This document shows, piece after piece, positions 27,897-37,792 of a stretch of 44,545 nucleotides of DNA (positions are counted from its first letter, which is position 1; each line of letters begins with the position of its first letter). The notes beneath the pieces were generated by a model. It did no database searches. It worked only from the letters and a program-made list of their open reading frames with translations, and was not told the origin of the DNA. A program made the position numbers and the translations under genes. Origin of the DNA: Planctomycetota bacterium (GTDB lineage Bacteria > Planctomycetota > UBA1135 > UBA2386); the NCBI GenBank assembly GCA_051274975.1, contig JBNMND010000003.1, positions 1 through 44,545 of the forward strand, read 5' to 3'.

Positions 27897-28736
27897 ATGA
27901 AAGCAACGACAATTCTGGTGGCCATCGCGGTCCTCTTCTTCACTGTTTCTTTGGACGCGCAGCAACGCCGCGGTGGCCGCGGAGAGCGCTACACCGAGCG
28001 GCAGGGTCAGCGCAGCGAGCGCGCGGCACCGCAAGAAATGCGTCAGCGCATCCAGGAACGCATGCAGCAGATGCGTGAGCGTTTCGGTCGTGGTGGTGCA
28101 GGCCGTTCGGCAGCTGGCGGCCAGCGCGGCGCGCAAATGCGTGAGCGCATTCAAGAACGCGTCGGGCAGATGCGCGAGCGCTTCGGACGCGGCGGCGCTG
28201 GTCGTTCGGAAGCTGGTGGCGAACGTCAACGTGGTGGCAGCGCCCGTGGCCAACGTCAAGAGCGAGTTGGTGGGCGTGGTCGTCAAGGGCGCGCAGGCGG
28301 CCGTGGTGAAGGCAGTCGTGGTGGCGCAGGCCGGTCGCCACAACGTTCGACGCAGCGCGGTAGTCGCGGTGGCCGTGGCGCCAACAGCCAACGTGGCGAA
28401 CAGGCGAAGCCTGGCGCTCGCGGTGGGCGTAGCGAAGGTAGGAAGAGTGGTCGCCGGGGATCGGGAAATCGCGGCGGGCGCGGCGAGCGCGGCGAGCGCG
28501 GCGAGCGCTCGGGTAGTCGCGGCAGCCGTGGCGAACGCTCGGGTGGCCGCGGTGGCCGTGGCGGTCGCGGTTCCGCTCGTCAGGTAGAAGTCGAGGTTGA
28601 GGTTGTCGCCCCTAAGGGCAAGCAGCGCGGCTCGGCTCAGCGAGGCAAGCGGTCGGCGGGTAAGAAGAGTAAGAAGCCTGTCGCGAAGAAGCCCGCCGCC
28701 AAGAAGCGCGAAGCAAAGAGGCCGGACGTCAAGTAG
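27897..28736 (+). CDS. Secreted Arg/Gly-rich low-complexity protein with Lys-rich tail
   Basis: Signal peptide MKATTILVAIAVLFFTVSLDAQ, internal 33-aa repeat, RGG-rich middle, KKPVAKKPAAKK tail. Confidence 0.7.
   Translation: MKATTILVAIAVLFFTVSLDAQQRRGGRGERYTERQGQRSERAAPQEMRQRIQERMQQMRERFGRGGAGRSAAGGQRGAQMRERIQERVGQMRERFGRGGAGRSEAGGERQRGGSARGQRQERVGGRGRQGRAGGRGEGSRGGAGRSPQRSTQRGSRGGRGANSQRGEQAKPGARGGRSEGRKSGRRGSGNRGGRGERGERGERSGSRGSRGERSGGRGGRGGRGSARQVEVEVEVVAPKGKQRGSAQRGKRSAGKKSKKPVAKKPAAKKREAKRPDVK
28038..28226 (+). repeat. Diverged 99-nt tandem duplication within the CDS
   Basis: MRQRIQERMQQMRERFGRGGAGRSAAGG (28038) vs MRERIQERVGQMRERFGRGGAGRSEAGG (28137), with many synonymous differences. 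Confidence 0.85.
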
Positions 28737-28778
28737 ACGGCTTTAAGCGAGTCGTCGAGGCGGTACGCTCGTGCGAGC

Positions 28779-31700
28779 GTGCCCTGCCCTCCGATTCGCC
28801 TTCACGATGTTCGAGAACACAATCTCGACGGTGTCACCGTTGAGATACCGCACGGCAAGCTGACTGTCGTGACGGGCGTGTCGGGCAGCGGCAAGAGTTC
28901 GCTGATCTTCGATACGCTGCACGCTGCGAGCCAGCGGCGCTACCTCGAGACCCTGTCGGTGCACGCGCGCCGCTTCTTGCAGCGCCTGCCGACGCCGCGC
29001 ATGCGATCGGCGACCGGATTGTCGCCGAGTATCGCGTTGGGTCAGCGTCACGCCGGTGATCAGGCGCGCTCAACCGTCGGCACGTTGTCGGGCATGCACG
29101 ACGTCCTGCGGTTTTGGTTCGCTCGCGAGAACGGACTCGAGGCGCGCGACTTCTCGTTTGTCAGTGCGGGGGCGTGTGCTGATTGTCGCGGCATCGGCAG
29201 TGGCGATGAGGTCTCGCGCGAACTGCTGATCGCCGACGCCAGTCGTACGCTACGGCAGGGTGCGCTCGTGCCGACCACGCCGACCGGCTACATCGTCTAC
29301 AGCCAGGTCACAGTCGATGCGCTCAACACCGTGTGCCAGGCACATGGCTTTGATGTCGATACGCCGTGGAGCGAGTTGACGCGCGAGCAGCACGACGTCG
29401 TCTTCTATGGCTCCGACCGAGTCGAGGTACCGTTCGGTAAGCATTCGCTCGAATCGCGAATGCGGTGGGAAGGCATCACCGCGAAGCCCCGCGAACTTGG
29501 GTTGTACAAAGGACTGATTCCGACCATCGAGGACATCCTTCGCCGCAGTCGCAATGAAAACGCGCTGCGTTTCGCGGTCTCAGTGCCGTGCCGAACCTGT
29601 GACGGCAGCCGTCTCGGCGAGGCCGCGCGCACGGCACAGATTGGCGGTGTCACGATTGTAGCTGCCGGGCGTTGGTCGCTGCCGGAGTTGGCTTCGTGGT
29701 GCGCCAAGTTTGACTGCGACGAAAGCACGCGCTTGCAGCGTCGGCTGGCTGTCTACCAGCGGTTGGGGTTGTCACACCTCAGTTGTGAACGGGCCGCGGC
29801 GACGCTTTCGGGCGGCGAGCATCAGCGACTACGGCTTGGTGCGATTGCGACCGGCGGCCTCGCGGGAGTCACGTTCGTGTTCGATGAGCCATCGATCGGG
29901 TTGCACGCGAGCGAAGAGCTGGCTGTGCTCGACTTGCTCGCTGACCTGCGCGATGCAGGCAACACGGTTGTGGTTGTCGAGCACAGTGAACACGCGTTGC
30001 GTGCCGCGGACTATGTGATCGACGTTGGTCCGGGCCCCGGGTCGCTCGGTGGGCGCGTGTTGTACTCTGGCCCGCCCGATCGATTGGCCGCGGAAGCCGA
30101 TGCCGGTAGCCAGACCCGGGCGCACTATGCCGAGGGCGGTGAGTTCACTGGTGTGCCATTGCGAACGCGCCGAGCTGTCGACGATGTTGCGTTCCTTGAG
30201 GTGTGTGGCGCCAATGCCAACAACCTGAACGATGTGGATGCGCGATTTGCATTGGGCCGTCTGAACGTCGTCTCGGGAGTTGCGGGCGCCGGCAAGTCGA
30301 CGCTGGTCACGCGTGTGTTGGCCGAGGCCGTGCGCGCTCAAATCGACGGGCGTGCCTTGCCGAAGTCGCTGCGCGAGCTTCGACATGCCGAAGGCCTCGG
30401 CCAAGTTGTGCACGTCGGTCAGGGTCCGATTGGGCGTACACCGCGAAGTAACCCGGCGACCTATACCGGTGTCTTCGACCAGGTCCGCAAGTGCTTCGCC
30501 GAGGTGCCGCTCGCGAAAGAGCAGGGATTCAAGGCGACGACGTTCTCATTCAATACTAAGGACGGCGGCCGCTGCACCATGTGTGAGGGCAGTGGTCGCG
30601 AAGTCGTTGGCATGCACGGGTTGCCCGCGGTCGAGTTGACGTGCGGCGAATGCCACGGCCGTCGCTTCCGCGAAGATGTCCTGCAGGTGAGGTATCGCGC
30701 GCAGTATTCGATCCTCGATGTGCTGGAGGCGACGGTTGCCGAAGCGCGCGAGATCTTCGCGGACGAGCCAAAAATATTGCCCGTGCTGCACGCGTTGCAC
30801 TTGGTCGGGCTCGACCATCTGACCTTGGGGCAGCCCGCGACGACGTTGTCCGGTGGCGAAGCCCAGCGGGTGCGGTTAGCTGGCGAACTGGCGCGCGGTG
30901 GCCGCAAGAAGACTCTATTCGTGCTGGAGGAGCCGACCATTGGTCTGCATCGCGCGGACGTCGCGCAATTGCTGGGCGCTTTGGATGGTTTGGTCGTCAA
31001 GGGCCACACGGTCGTATTGGTTGAACATGATCTCGACGTGTTGCGCGCGGCGGATCACTTGATCGACATGGGACCCGGCGCTGGCGCTGCTGGCGGCACC
31101 GTTTGTGGCCAGGGCACTGCCGACGAAGTTGCTGGCTTGGATACGCCAACCGGTCGCGCGTTGCGCGATGGGGTTGTTGCAGTGATTGCGAATCGGGGAG
31201 CGCCCGTCGATGCGGCGTCGAGGATTCGGCTGCGGGGTGCGACGACCCACAATCTCAACAACGTGGATGTCGACATCCCGAGCACTGGCTTCACTGTCGT
31301 CACCGGCGTATCGGGAAGTGGCAAGAGCTCGCTGGTGTTCGATACGTTGTTTGGCGAGTCGCGTGCGCGTTTCACTGAGCATCTGTCGGGTTACGTACAG
31401 CGGCAACTCGGTGCCGGCGGCGCTCGCGCGCGCAGTTTGCGCGACGCCGATGGCTTGCGGCCTGCGATCGCACTGGAGCAACGGGCGGATGGCGCGGCTG
31501 GACGCGATCTTCGGGCAACGGTCGCGACGACTGGCGAGCTGCATCCATTGTTGCGCACGTTGTGGTCACGTATCGGTGGCGAGGGCTTGGCCGCGGGCGC
31601 GTTCTCGTTCTTCTTGCGAGAAGGTGCCTGTCTGGATTGCACTGGTGTTGGCTCCGTCGAGCGATGCGATGCTTCGCGCATCGTTGTGGACATCGCCGCG

Positions 31701-33659
31701 CCGCTGTTCGAAGGCGCTCTCGATCGACGCAACAAGGTCGTTGCGGACTATGCCGATCCGACCATGCGCTATCGAGCCGTGATCGAAGCCGTTGCGATTG
31801 CGCGTGGTTGGGACTTGGCGCAGCCTTGGGCCGAATTGTCAGCGGACGCGCACCGCGAACTCTTGCACGGCTGTGGCGACGAAGAGTTCGACGCGGTCTG
31901 GCAGCACGAAGGCGCCGAGGGTGGCAAGCCGCATCAGTGGCGCACGAAGTGGTTGGGCGTCGCTGGCGACATCGATCGTGAGTATGCCCGCCGGCAACAG
32001 AGCGGTGCCGTGACGCGAGCGAGCGCGTTCGCCGCGTTGTTGTCCGACCAGCAGTGCCCTTCGTGCGCCGGCGATCGATTGGCTGAGCCGATGCGTTCGG
32101 TGCAAGTTGGGGGCTACACCTTGCCCGCGTTGTGCCGTCTGACGGCTGCCGAACTCGTTGCTGTATTGCAAGGTGGCCTGGCTACGTCGACCCGTGATCG
32201 TGAGGTCGCTGCCGACACGTTGGCCGAGATGCAACGCCGCCTAGCGCGCATGCTTGAGCTTGGCCTCGGCCACCTGCAGCTCGATCGCGTGACCTCGACG
32301 TTGTCTTCTGGCGAACGGCAACGATTGCGCTTGGCGCGGCAGTTGGCCTCCCCGTTGACCGGCTGCGTCTACGTGTTGGATGAGCCGACGCTAGGTTTGC
32401 ACGCGCGCGATACGGATGCGCTGTTGCAGGCGATTTGCGGTCTTGTTGCAGCTGGCAACGCGGTCGTCGCTGTCGAGCACGACATGCGTGTGCTTGCGGC
32501 TGCCGATCACGTTCTTGAAGTTGGGCCCGGTGCTGGCCGTCTCGGGGGCGAATTGGTTGCCGCCGCCGCGCCACTGGAACTGCCCGAGGCATCACGCAGC
32601 GGCAGGCGACTTCGCATGGCTGCGCCGGTTGCGAGGGTGACGCCGCGTGCGCATGCGCAGGACGTGGTCGCCATTCGTGGGGCGAACCTGAACTGCTTGA
32701 AGGATGTCGACGTCGATCTTCCTGTTGGCTGCTTGACGGCCATCACCGGGGTGTCGGGTAGCGGCAAGACGTCGTTGATCCGCGGCGTGCTGTTTGCCTC
32801 GGCGCAAGCGAACCGTCTACATGGCTGTCGAGAGTTGACCGGTCTTGATGCATTTGCGTCGGTTGTCGAAGACGCAGGAGCACGTGGCAGGCGCAGCCGC
32901 ACGAGCTGCGTGGCAACGGAGTTGTCGGTGTTCGACGAGATCCGCAAGATGTTCGCGGCGACCGACGATGCGCGTGACCGAGGCTTCAAGGCACCGCACT
33001 TTGCGTTCCTCGGCAAGAACGGCGGTGCGTGTCGGTCGTGTGGCGGTCTCGGCTGGGTGCGTAGCGAGTTTGACTTCCTCGGAGCGGATTCGTGGACGTT
33101 GTGCGAGCAGTGTTCCGGGCGACGTTTTGATGACGAGACACTCTCGGTGCGTTGGCAAGGCATGAGCATTGCGGACGTGCTGGATGCGACGATCAACGAG
33201 CTGGTCGAAGAGCTCGGCGGCGCGGTCGCGCGCAAATTGGCCGCGCCACTGCGCACTGCACAGGAGTTGGGGCTCGGTTACCTGCGCCTAGGCCAGAGCG
33301 CCGATTCGCTGTCCGGTGGTGAAGCACAGCGCGTGTCACTGGCCGTGCACCTCAGTCGTGTTGCTTCGGCAAAGAAGGCGGGCGCGACGCTGTTCCTTCT
33401 CGACGAACCGACCCGTGGTCTGCATCCAGACGACATCGATGCATTGCTGCTCGGGTTCGAACGGTTGTTGGAGGCGGGCCACACCATCATTGCGATAGAG
33501 CACGACCTGGCGGTCATTGCTTGGGCGGATCACGTCATCGATCTCGGTCCAGACGCGGGAGTCGATGGTGGGCAGCTGGTGTTCGCTGGCACGCCGCACG
33601 AACTCGCACGATGCGTGAGTTCGGCGACGGGCCAAGCCTTGGCGGCGACTACCCGATGA
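28779..33659 (+). CDS. uvrA: Double-length UvrA-family ABC ATPase (two fused UvrA units)
   Basis: Four Walker A motifs (GVSGSGKS, GVAGAGKS, GVSGSGKS, GVSGSGKT), four LSGGE/LSSGE signatures, eight CxxC pairs, PIGRTPRSNPATY. Confidence 0.9.
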   Translation: MPCPPIRLHDVREHNLDGVTVEIPHGKLTVVTGVSGSGKSSLIFDTLHAASQRRYLETLSVHARRFLQRLPTPRMRSATGLSPSIALGQRHAGDQARSTVGTLSGMHDVLRFWFARENGLEARDFSFVSAGACADCRGIGSGDEVSRELLIADASRTLRQGALVPTTPTGYIVYSQVTVDALNTVCQAHGFDVDTPWSELTREQHDVVFYGSDRVEVPFGKHSLESRMRWEGITAKPRELGLYKGLIPTIEDILRRSRNENALRFAVSVPCRTCDGSRLGEAARTAQIGGVTIVAAGRWSLPELASWCAKFDCDESTRLQRRLAVYQRLGLSHLSCERAAATLSGGEHQRLRLGAIATGGLAGVTFVFDEPSIGLHASEELAVLDLLADLRDAGNTVVVVEHSEHALRAADYVIDVGPGPGSLGGRVLYSGPPDRLAAEADAGSQTRAHYAEGGEFTGVPLRTRRAVDDVAFLEVCGANANNLNDVDARFALGRLNVVSGVAGAGKSTLVTRVLAEAVRAQIDGRALPKSLRELRHAEGLGQVVHVGQGPIGRTPRSNPATYTGVFDQVRKCFAEVPLAKEQGFKATTFSFNTKDGGRCTMCEGSGREVVGMHGLPAVELTCGECHGRRFREDVLQVRYRAQYSILDVLEATVAEAREIFADEPKILPVLHALHLVGLDHLTLGQPATTLSGGEAQRVRLAGELARGGRKKTLFVLEEPTIGLHRADVAQLLGALDGLVVKGHTVVLVEHDLDVLRAADHLIDMGPGAGAAGGTVCGQGTADEVAGLDTPTGRALRDGVVAVIANRGAPVDAASRIRLRGATTHNLNNVDVDIPSTGFTVVTGVSGSGKSSLVFDTLFGESRARFTEHLSGYVQRQLGAGGARARSLRDADGLRPAIALEQRADGAAGRDLRATVATTGELHPLLRTLWSRIGGEGLAAGAFSFFLREGACLDCTGVGSVERCDASRIVVDIAAPLFEGALDRRNKVVADYADPTMRYRAVIEAVAIARGWDLAQPWAELSADAHRELLHGCGDEEFDAVWQHEGAEGGKPHQWRTKWLGVAGDIDREYARRQQSGAVTRASAFAALLSDQQCPSCAGDRLAEPMRSVQVGGYTLPALCRLTAAELVAVLQGGLATSTRDREVAADTLAEMQRRLARMLELGLGHLQLDRVTSTLSSGERQRLRLARQLASPLTGCVYVLDEPTLGLHARDTDALLQAICGLVAAGNAVVAVEHDMRVLAAADHVLEVGPGAGRLGGELVAAAAPLELPEASRSGRRLRMAAPVARVTPRAHAQDVVAIRGANLNCLKDVDVDLPVGCLTAITGVSGSGKTSLIRGVLFASAQANRLHGCRELTGLDAFASVVEDAGARGRRSRTSCVATELSVFDEIRKMFAATDDARDRGFKAPHFAFLGKNGGACRSCGGLGWVRSEFDFLGADSWTLCEQCSGRRFDDETLSVRWQGMSIADVLDATINELVEELGGAVARKLAAPLRTAQELGLGYLRLGQSADSLSGGEAQRVSLAVHLSRVASAKKAGATLFLLDEPTRGLHPDDIDALLLGFERLLEAGHTIIAIEHDLAVIAWADHVIDLGPDAGVDGGQLVFAGTPHELARCVSSATGQALAATTR

Positions 33660-33764
33660 GCAGTCACTACTTGAACAGGTTGTTGGTTCGCGCCGTCGCG
33701 AAGTAACCAGGTGCCGGGCATTCGGATGTTTTCTTGCGTCGGGGCCTGCCCGTAGGCTGCACAC

Positions 33765-35660
33765 ATGCTGGTTCGCTTCGCGTTGTTTGGTCTCCTCGTT
33801 GCTTCGCACGGCGCGCCGTTGGGGACGCCTCACGACGGGCCCGACCCGATCGGCAGTTGGCGGTTGTCGCAGCCGCAGATCAAGAACGGCAAACTGCAGT
33901 CGCTGCTCGGGGTGTCTGGCCGTATCGAAGGCAAGGTCGAGTTCGTCGCCGACAAGCTCGGTGGCTCGATGCTCTTCGATGGCAAGGCGACGGCGGTTGT
34001 GCTTGCTGATGACTACGCGAAGTCCCAACAGAAGCTGCCGAAGAAGCACATGACGGTGACGGCGTGGGTCGCGGTGAATACGCCTGCGCGATGGGGCGGC
34101 ATCGTTGGCGTCATCCAAGACAATGCCGAAGCCGAGAGCGGTTGGGTGCTCGGCTATGACGATCATCACTTCACGTTCGCGTTGGCGAGTAAGGGCGCGG
34201 ATGACGGCGATGGTCGCATGACATACCTCGCCAGCAAGACGCGCTACAAGCAGGGCCATTTCTACCACGTCTGTGGCACCTACGACGGCAAGGTGCAGCG
34301 CATCTACGTCAACGGCAAGCTCGAAGGCGAGAGCACGGTGCAGTCCGGTGCCTTGCTGTATCCGAAGTCGGCGCCGCTCGTGATCGGCACCTACCGCGAT
34401 TCGAACGAGAACACGCCGATGCATGGCCGCATCCACTCGGCGCGCATCTTTGCTGAGACCGCGAAGGCCGAGGCGGTCCAGCACATGTTCACGCATGGTA
34501 AAGCACTGACCAAGGACAAGCCGCATGTCATTCAGGATCCTGAGATGCGCTGGTTGGTGCGCCCGTATCTGCAATGGGCGACGAAGACTGGCATGACAGT
34601 GCGGTGGGAAACGTCACGCTTGAGTAGCTCAATTGTGCACTGGGGTAAGAAGGTCGACTTCGTTGGTGAGAAGGATAAGAAGACGCCGGTCTTCGCCGAG
34701 AGGAAGATCGTTGCGGGCGCGTCGCTGTTGCATGAAGTCCGCTTGGATGGACTCGAAGAGAACACGGCATACTACTACCGCGTTGAAACGGTCGACGATC
34801 AAGGGCGGCGGTTGTGGGGCGAAGTGCTCAGTTTCCAAACCGCGCCAAGTGCGGATGTGCCGTTCGCATTCGCCGTCATCAGTGACACGCAAGGCAACCC
34901 GAAGGTCTCTGGTGCGATGGCGAAGTTCGCGTGGGGGCTGCGTCCCAACTTCTTGCTGCATCCCGGCGACCTTGTCAGCACCGGCACCGTCAAGGCGCAG
35001 TGGTTGAGTCACTTCTTCTCGAGCATGAAGCCGTTGCTTGAGCGAGTCGCGATGTTTCCGGTGCTCGGCAACCACGAGCGGGACGCGCACTTCTATTACG
35101 ATTACATGTCGCTGCCGACGCCGGAGTACTACTACACGTTCGAATACGGCAACGCGCAGTTCTTCCTGATCGACTCGAATCGTGAGGTTGGGCCCGGAAC
35201 GGAGCAGTTCTTGTTCTTGGAAGCGGAGCTGAAGAAGTCGCGCGCGCAGTGGAAGATCGTCTGCTACCACCACCCAGCTTACAGTTCGGATGAGAACGAC
35301 TACGGCAACTCGTGGTACGGCCCGTCGACGAACGGAGACCTGCGAACGCGCAAGTTGGTGCCGCTGTTTGATAAATACGGCGTCGACATCGTTTGGAATG
35401 GCCACATCCACAGCTACGAACGCACGTGGCCGCTGCGCGAGCAGCACGCGACGTCACCGGGCAACGGTACGGTCTACATGGTTACTGGTGGCGGCGGTGG
35501 TGGTTTGGAAACGCCGGGCCCGATCCGCCCGTTCTTCCAGAACACCGTTAAGCGCGGCCACCACTTCTGCTACGTCGCCGTAAATGGAACGACGCTGGAG
35601 ATGAAGGCGTACGATCTCGAGGGTCGGTTGTTCGACACTCTTACGATTCAGAAGAATTAG
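33765..35660 (+). CDS. LamG-like jellyroll + purple-acid-phosphatase-type metallophosphoesterase, secreted
   Basis: HVCGTYDG...IYVNG (LamG); SDTQ, HPGDL, GNHE, HHP, GHIH metallophosphoesterase motifs. Confidence 0.88.
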   Translation: MLVRFALFGLLVASHGAPLGTPHDGPDPIGSWRLSQPQIKNGKLQSLLGVSGRIEGKVEFVADKLGGSMLFDGKATAVVLADDYAKSQQKLPKKHMTVTAWVAVNTPARWGGIVGVIQDNAEAESGWVLGYDDHHFTFALASKGADDGDGRMTYLASKTRYKQGHFYHVCGTYDGKVQRIYVNGKLEGESTVQSGALLYPKSAPLVIGTYRDSNENTPMHGRIHSARIFAETAKAEAVQHMFTHGKALTKDKPHVIQDPEMRWLVRPYLQWATKTGMTVRWETSRLSSSIVHWGKKVDFVGEKDKKTPVFAERKIVAGASLLHEVRLDGLEENTAYYYRVETVDDQGRRLWGEVLSFQTAPSADVPFAFAVISDTQGNPKVSGAMAKFAWGLRPNFLLHPGDLVSTGTVKAQWLSHFFSSMKPLLERVAMFPVLGNHERDAHFYYDYMSLPTPEYYYTFEYGNAQFFLIDSNREVGPGTEQFLFLEAELKKSRAQWKIVCYHHPAYSSDENDYGNSWYGPSTNGDLRTRKLVPLFDKYGVDIVWNGHIHSYERTWPLREQHATSPGNGTVYMVTGGGGGGLETPGPIRPFFQNTVKRGHHFCYVAVNGTTLEMKAYDLEGRLFDTLTIQKN

Positions 35661-35716
35661 TCCGGCGTAGGTTGCTAAGGTGAGTGCGCCCGTAGGAGAT
35701 CCGGGCCACCACCTAT

Positions 35717-37792
35717 ATGAATCGTTGCCTCGTCGTCGCTCTCGCCCCGCTGTCCTGGCTGTCCGCCCAGAACGCGCCGCCGCAGTTCGTTCCCAAGGCT
35801 GCCACCATGGCACGCGTGCGCGTCGAAGGCATCCCAGAGTTGCACACCGCTTGGCCGCAGACGAAACTCGGGAAGCTGTTTGCCGATCCTGATGTCGCAG
35901 CCATGGTCGCCAAATACGGGGCGTGGATGGATGCGCACTACGCGCGCCGAACTGCGACGCTTGAGGCCGCCTCTCGGCTGGACTTGCAAATGGAGTCCTA
36001 TGAGGCCTCGAACATGTTCTCCATGGCGAGCCCACTTGGTGAATTGAATGTGCCGTTCGCCCAGATGCGTCGCATGGAGTTCTTCGCGACGATGACGATG
36101 GTTGGCGGATTTCGGCGCCAGGGCACGACGACCTCAATTTCTCCGTTGCCGAAGTACGAAGGCCGTTGGACGCACGAATACGAACGTGAGGCAGCCATCC
36201 TGCGGACATCGTCATGGTGCGTGGAGGAGAAGACAGCCAAGGTCGGAAGCTACGATGCGTATCGCTTCAAGCCACCAGCGGAGGCGCTGAAGGAGCTGGG
36301 CGAGCGTTCGCATGGCCTCGGCAAGTGGATGTTGCACCTTCCCGGAACGTTCGTCACTGGCACTGGGTTGCCGGATGACCTCGGCACGGTCGACATGTCG
36401 CCAGCGAAGGGCACTCCAGGGCTCAGCATGTTGATGAGTGTTCAGGACTACATGACCGCCATCAACATGGGTGGGGAAGTGCCGGCTGCGATTGGCCTCG
36501 ATGCACTCAAGAACGTCAATTGGCGCAACTACTTCGACGGTGACAGCGTCGTCGAAGACTTTGAGTTGGAGTTGGCGGAAGCGATCAAGCCGTCGGGGTT
36601 GGTTGGCGCGATTCTGGAAGGCGGCGACAAGTTGTTGCCGCAAGCTCTGCCGAAGGGTGCGTTGGCGCAGCTCCGCTTCTCGGTCGGCTACAAGAATCTA
36701 GTCGCCGCCATTGAGGAACTCGCTGGCGATGAGCTCTCAATACCGCCGGCACTGTTGCCGGACTTCCGGAAGATGCTCGACGGTTCGGTGGCGCTCGGTG
36801 TCTGCGCGCCGAAGGGCGGCATGATCCCGCAGGTGTTCTTGACGTTGGGTCTCGCGGATACGGAAGCGTTCGACCGGGTGATGGCGGGAGTGATTGCCGA
36901 AGGCCTGCCGGTCAAGAACGTGACCTACGGTGGCGTTGAGTGCACTCTACTGAAGTTCCCCGGCATGCCTGCTGGCATCCAACCGGGGTATTGCCGCGTC
37001 GGGGACAAGCTGCACATCGCCGAATCGGGCCTGAGCTTGCGTGCTTTCTTGAAGGCTCAGAAGAATGGTGCTGACGCGATGGATGTCGGCGACGCACCGT
37101 TGGCGAGCGTGTCGGGTGACGTGTCGCCATCGTTTGACGCGCGCTTCGACCTGCCGTTGATCTACCGCAACTTCTACAAGAAGTGGTTGCCGCTCTTCGA
37201 GATGACAGCGGAAGACGGCCGGCCGTTGACGCGTCAGGATATGCCGGATCCCGATGTCATCGACGAGCATGTCAGCGCTGTCAGGGGCGTCGCCTTCCGC
37301 GAAGGCACTCGCCTTATCCTGCGCCACAAGGGGGCGATCGGGCCGGTCCTCGCGGGATACTTGATGGCATGGCCGCCGATGGGCGGCGGCGAGGTGCCTG
37401 ACCGCACGGCCCATAGTCTTGGCAACATCATTGGTCGCCACAAGGTGCGTGCCGTGGCGGAGTCGTTCCGTGCGTTTGAGCAGCGCGAGGGTCGCATGCC
37501 AAACGATCTGGCAGAGCTGTTCGTCGCTGAGAAGCTCGCTGGCGACGCGTTGCTAATGCCGATGGACGACTTGGCCGAGACGGTTGTGTTGCCGGACGGC
37601 AACAAAGTGAAGACTTCGTTTCGCTACTTCCGCGAGCCTGTCGAAGTCGGCCTTGGTGGCAACGAAAACCGAGCATTGTTGATCGAGATTGTCCCGAGCG
37701 GGTTTGGCCGTTGGATCTTGCGCGCCGATCAAGAAACGCACGGGCTCTATGGCGAAGAGTCGCGGCGCGCCATCGACGAGTTCGGCAAGTAG
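35717..37792 (+). CDS. Hypothetical exported protein
   Basis: 691-aa ORF with host-like codon usage and a signal peptide; no family recognised. Confidence 0.75.
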   Translation: MNRCLVVALAPLSWLSAQNAPPQFVPKAATMARVRVEGIPELHTAWPQTKLGKLFADPDVAAMVAKYGAWMDAHYARRTATLEAASRLDLQMESYEASNMFSMASPLGELNVPFAQMRRMEFFATMTMVGGFRRQGTTTSISPLPKYEGRWTHEYEREAAILRTSSWCVEEKTAKVGSYDAYRFKPPAEALKELGERSHGLGKWMLHLPGTFVTGTGLPDDLGTVDMSPAKGTPGLSMLMSVQDYMTAINMGGEVPAAIGLDALKNVNWRNYFDGDSVVEDFELELAEAIKPSGLVGAILEGGDKLLPQALPKGALAQLRFSVGYKNLVAAIEELAGDELSIPPALLPDFRKMLDGSVALGVCAPKGGMIPQVFLTLGLADTEAFDRVMAGVIAEGLPVKNVTYGGVECTLLKFPGMPAGIQPGYCRVGDKLHIAESGLSLRAFLKAQKNGADAMDVGDAPLASVSGDVSPSFDARFDLPLIYRNFYKKWLPLFEMTAEDGRPLTRQDMPDPDVIDEHVSAVRGVAFREGTRLILRHKGAIGPVLAGYLMAWPPMGGGEVPDRTAHSLGNIIGRHKVRAVAESFRAFEQREGRMPNDLAELFVAEKLAGDALLMPMDDLAETVVLPDGNKVKTSFRYFREPVEVGLGGNENRALLIEIVPSGFGRWILRADQETHGLYGEESRRAIDEFGK

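Noticed and set aside
28460-28570. Short GC-rich tandem repeats as CRISPR or VNTR
   Set aside because: They are codon repeats (RGE, RGG) within a CDS, with no repeat-spacer structure and no cas genes.
33656-33706. 16-aa ORF MSSHYLNRLLVRAVAK overlapping the uvrA stop
   Set aside because: Too short and featureless to support.
33657-33765. uvrA TGA stop is in frame with the next gene (possible readthrough fusion)
   Set aside because: A second TGA and a TAG lie in the interval, there is no Cys context, and the next gene has its own signal peptide and -10 hexamer.
37747-37792. 46-bp convergent overlap between the hypothetical gene and GT87
   Set aside because: Short 3' overlaps are common in GC-rich genomes; no further signal.
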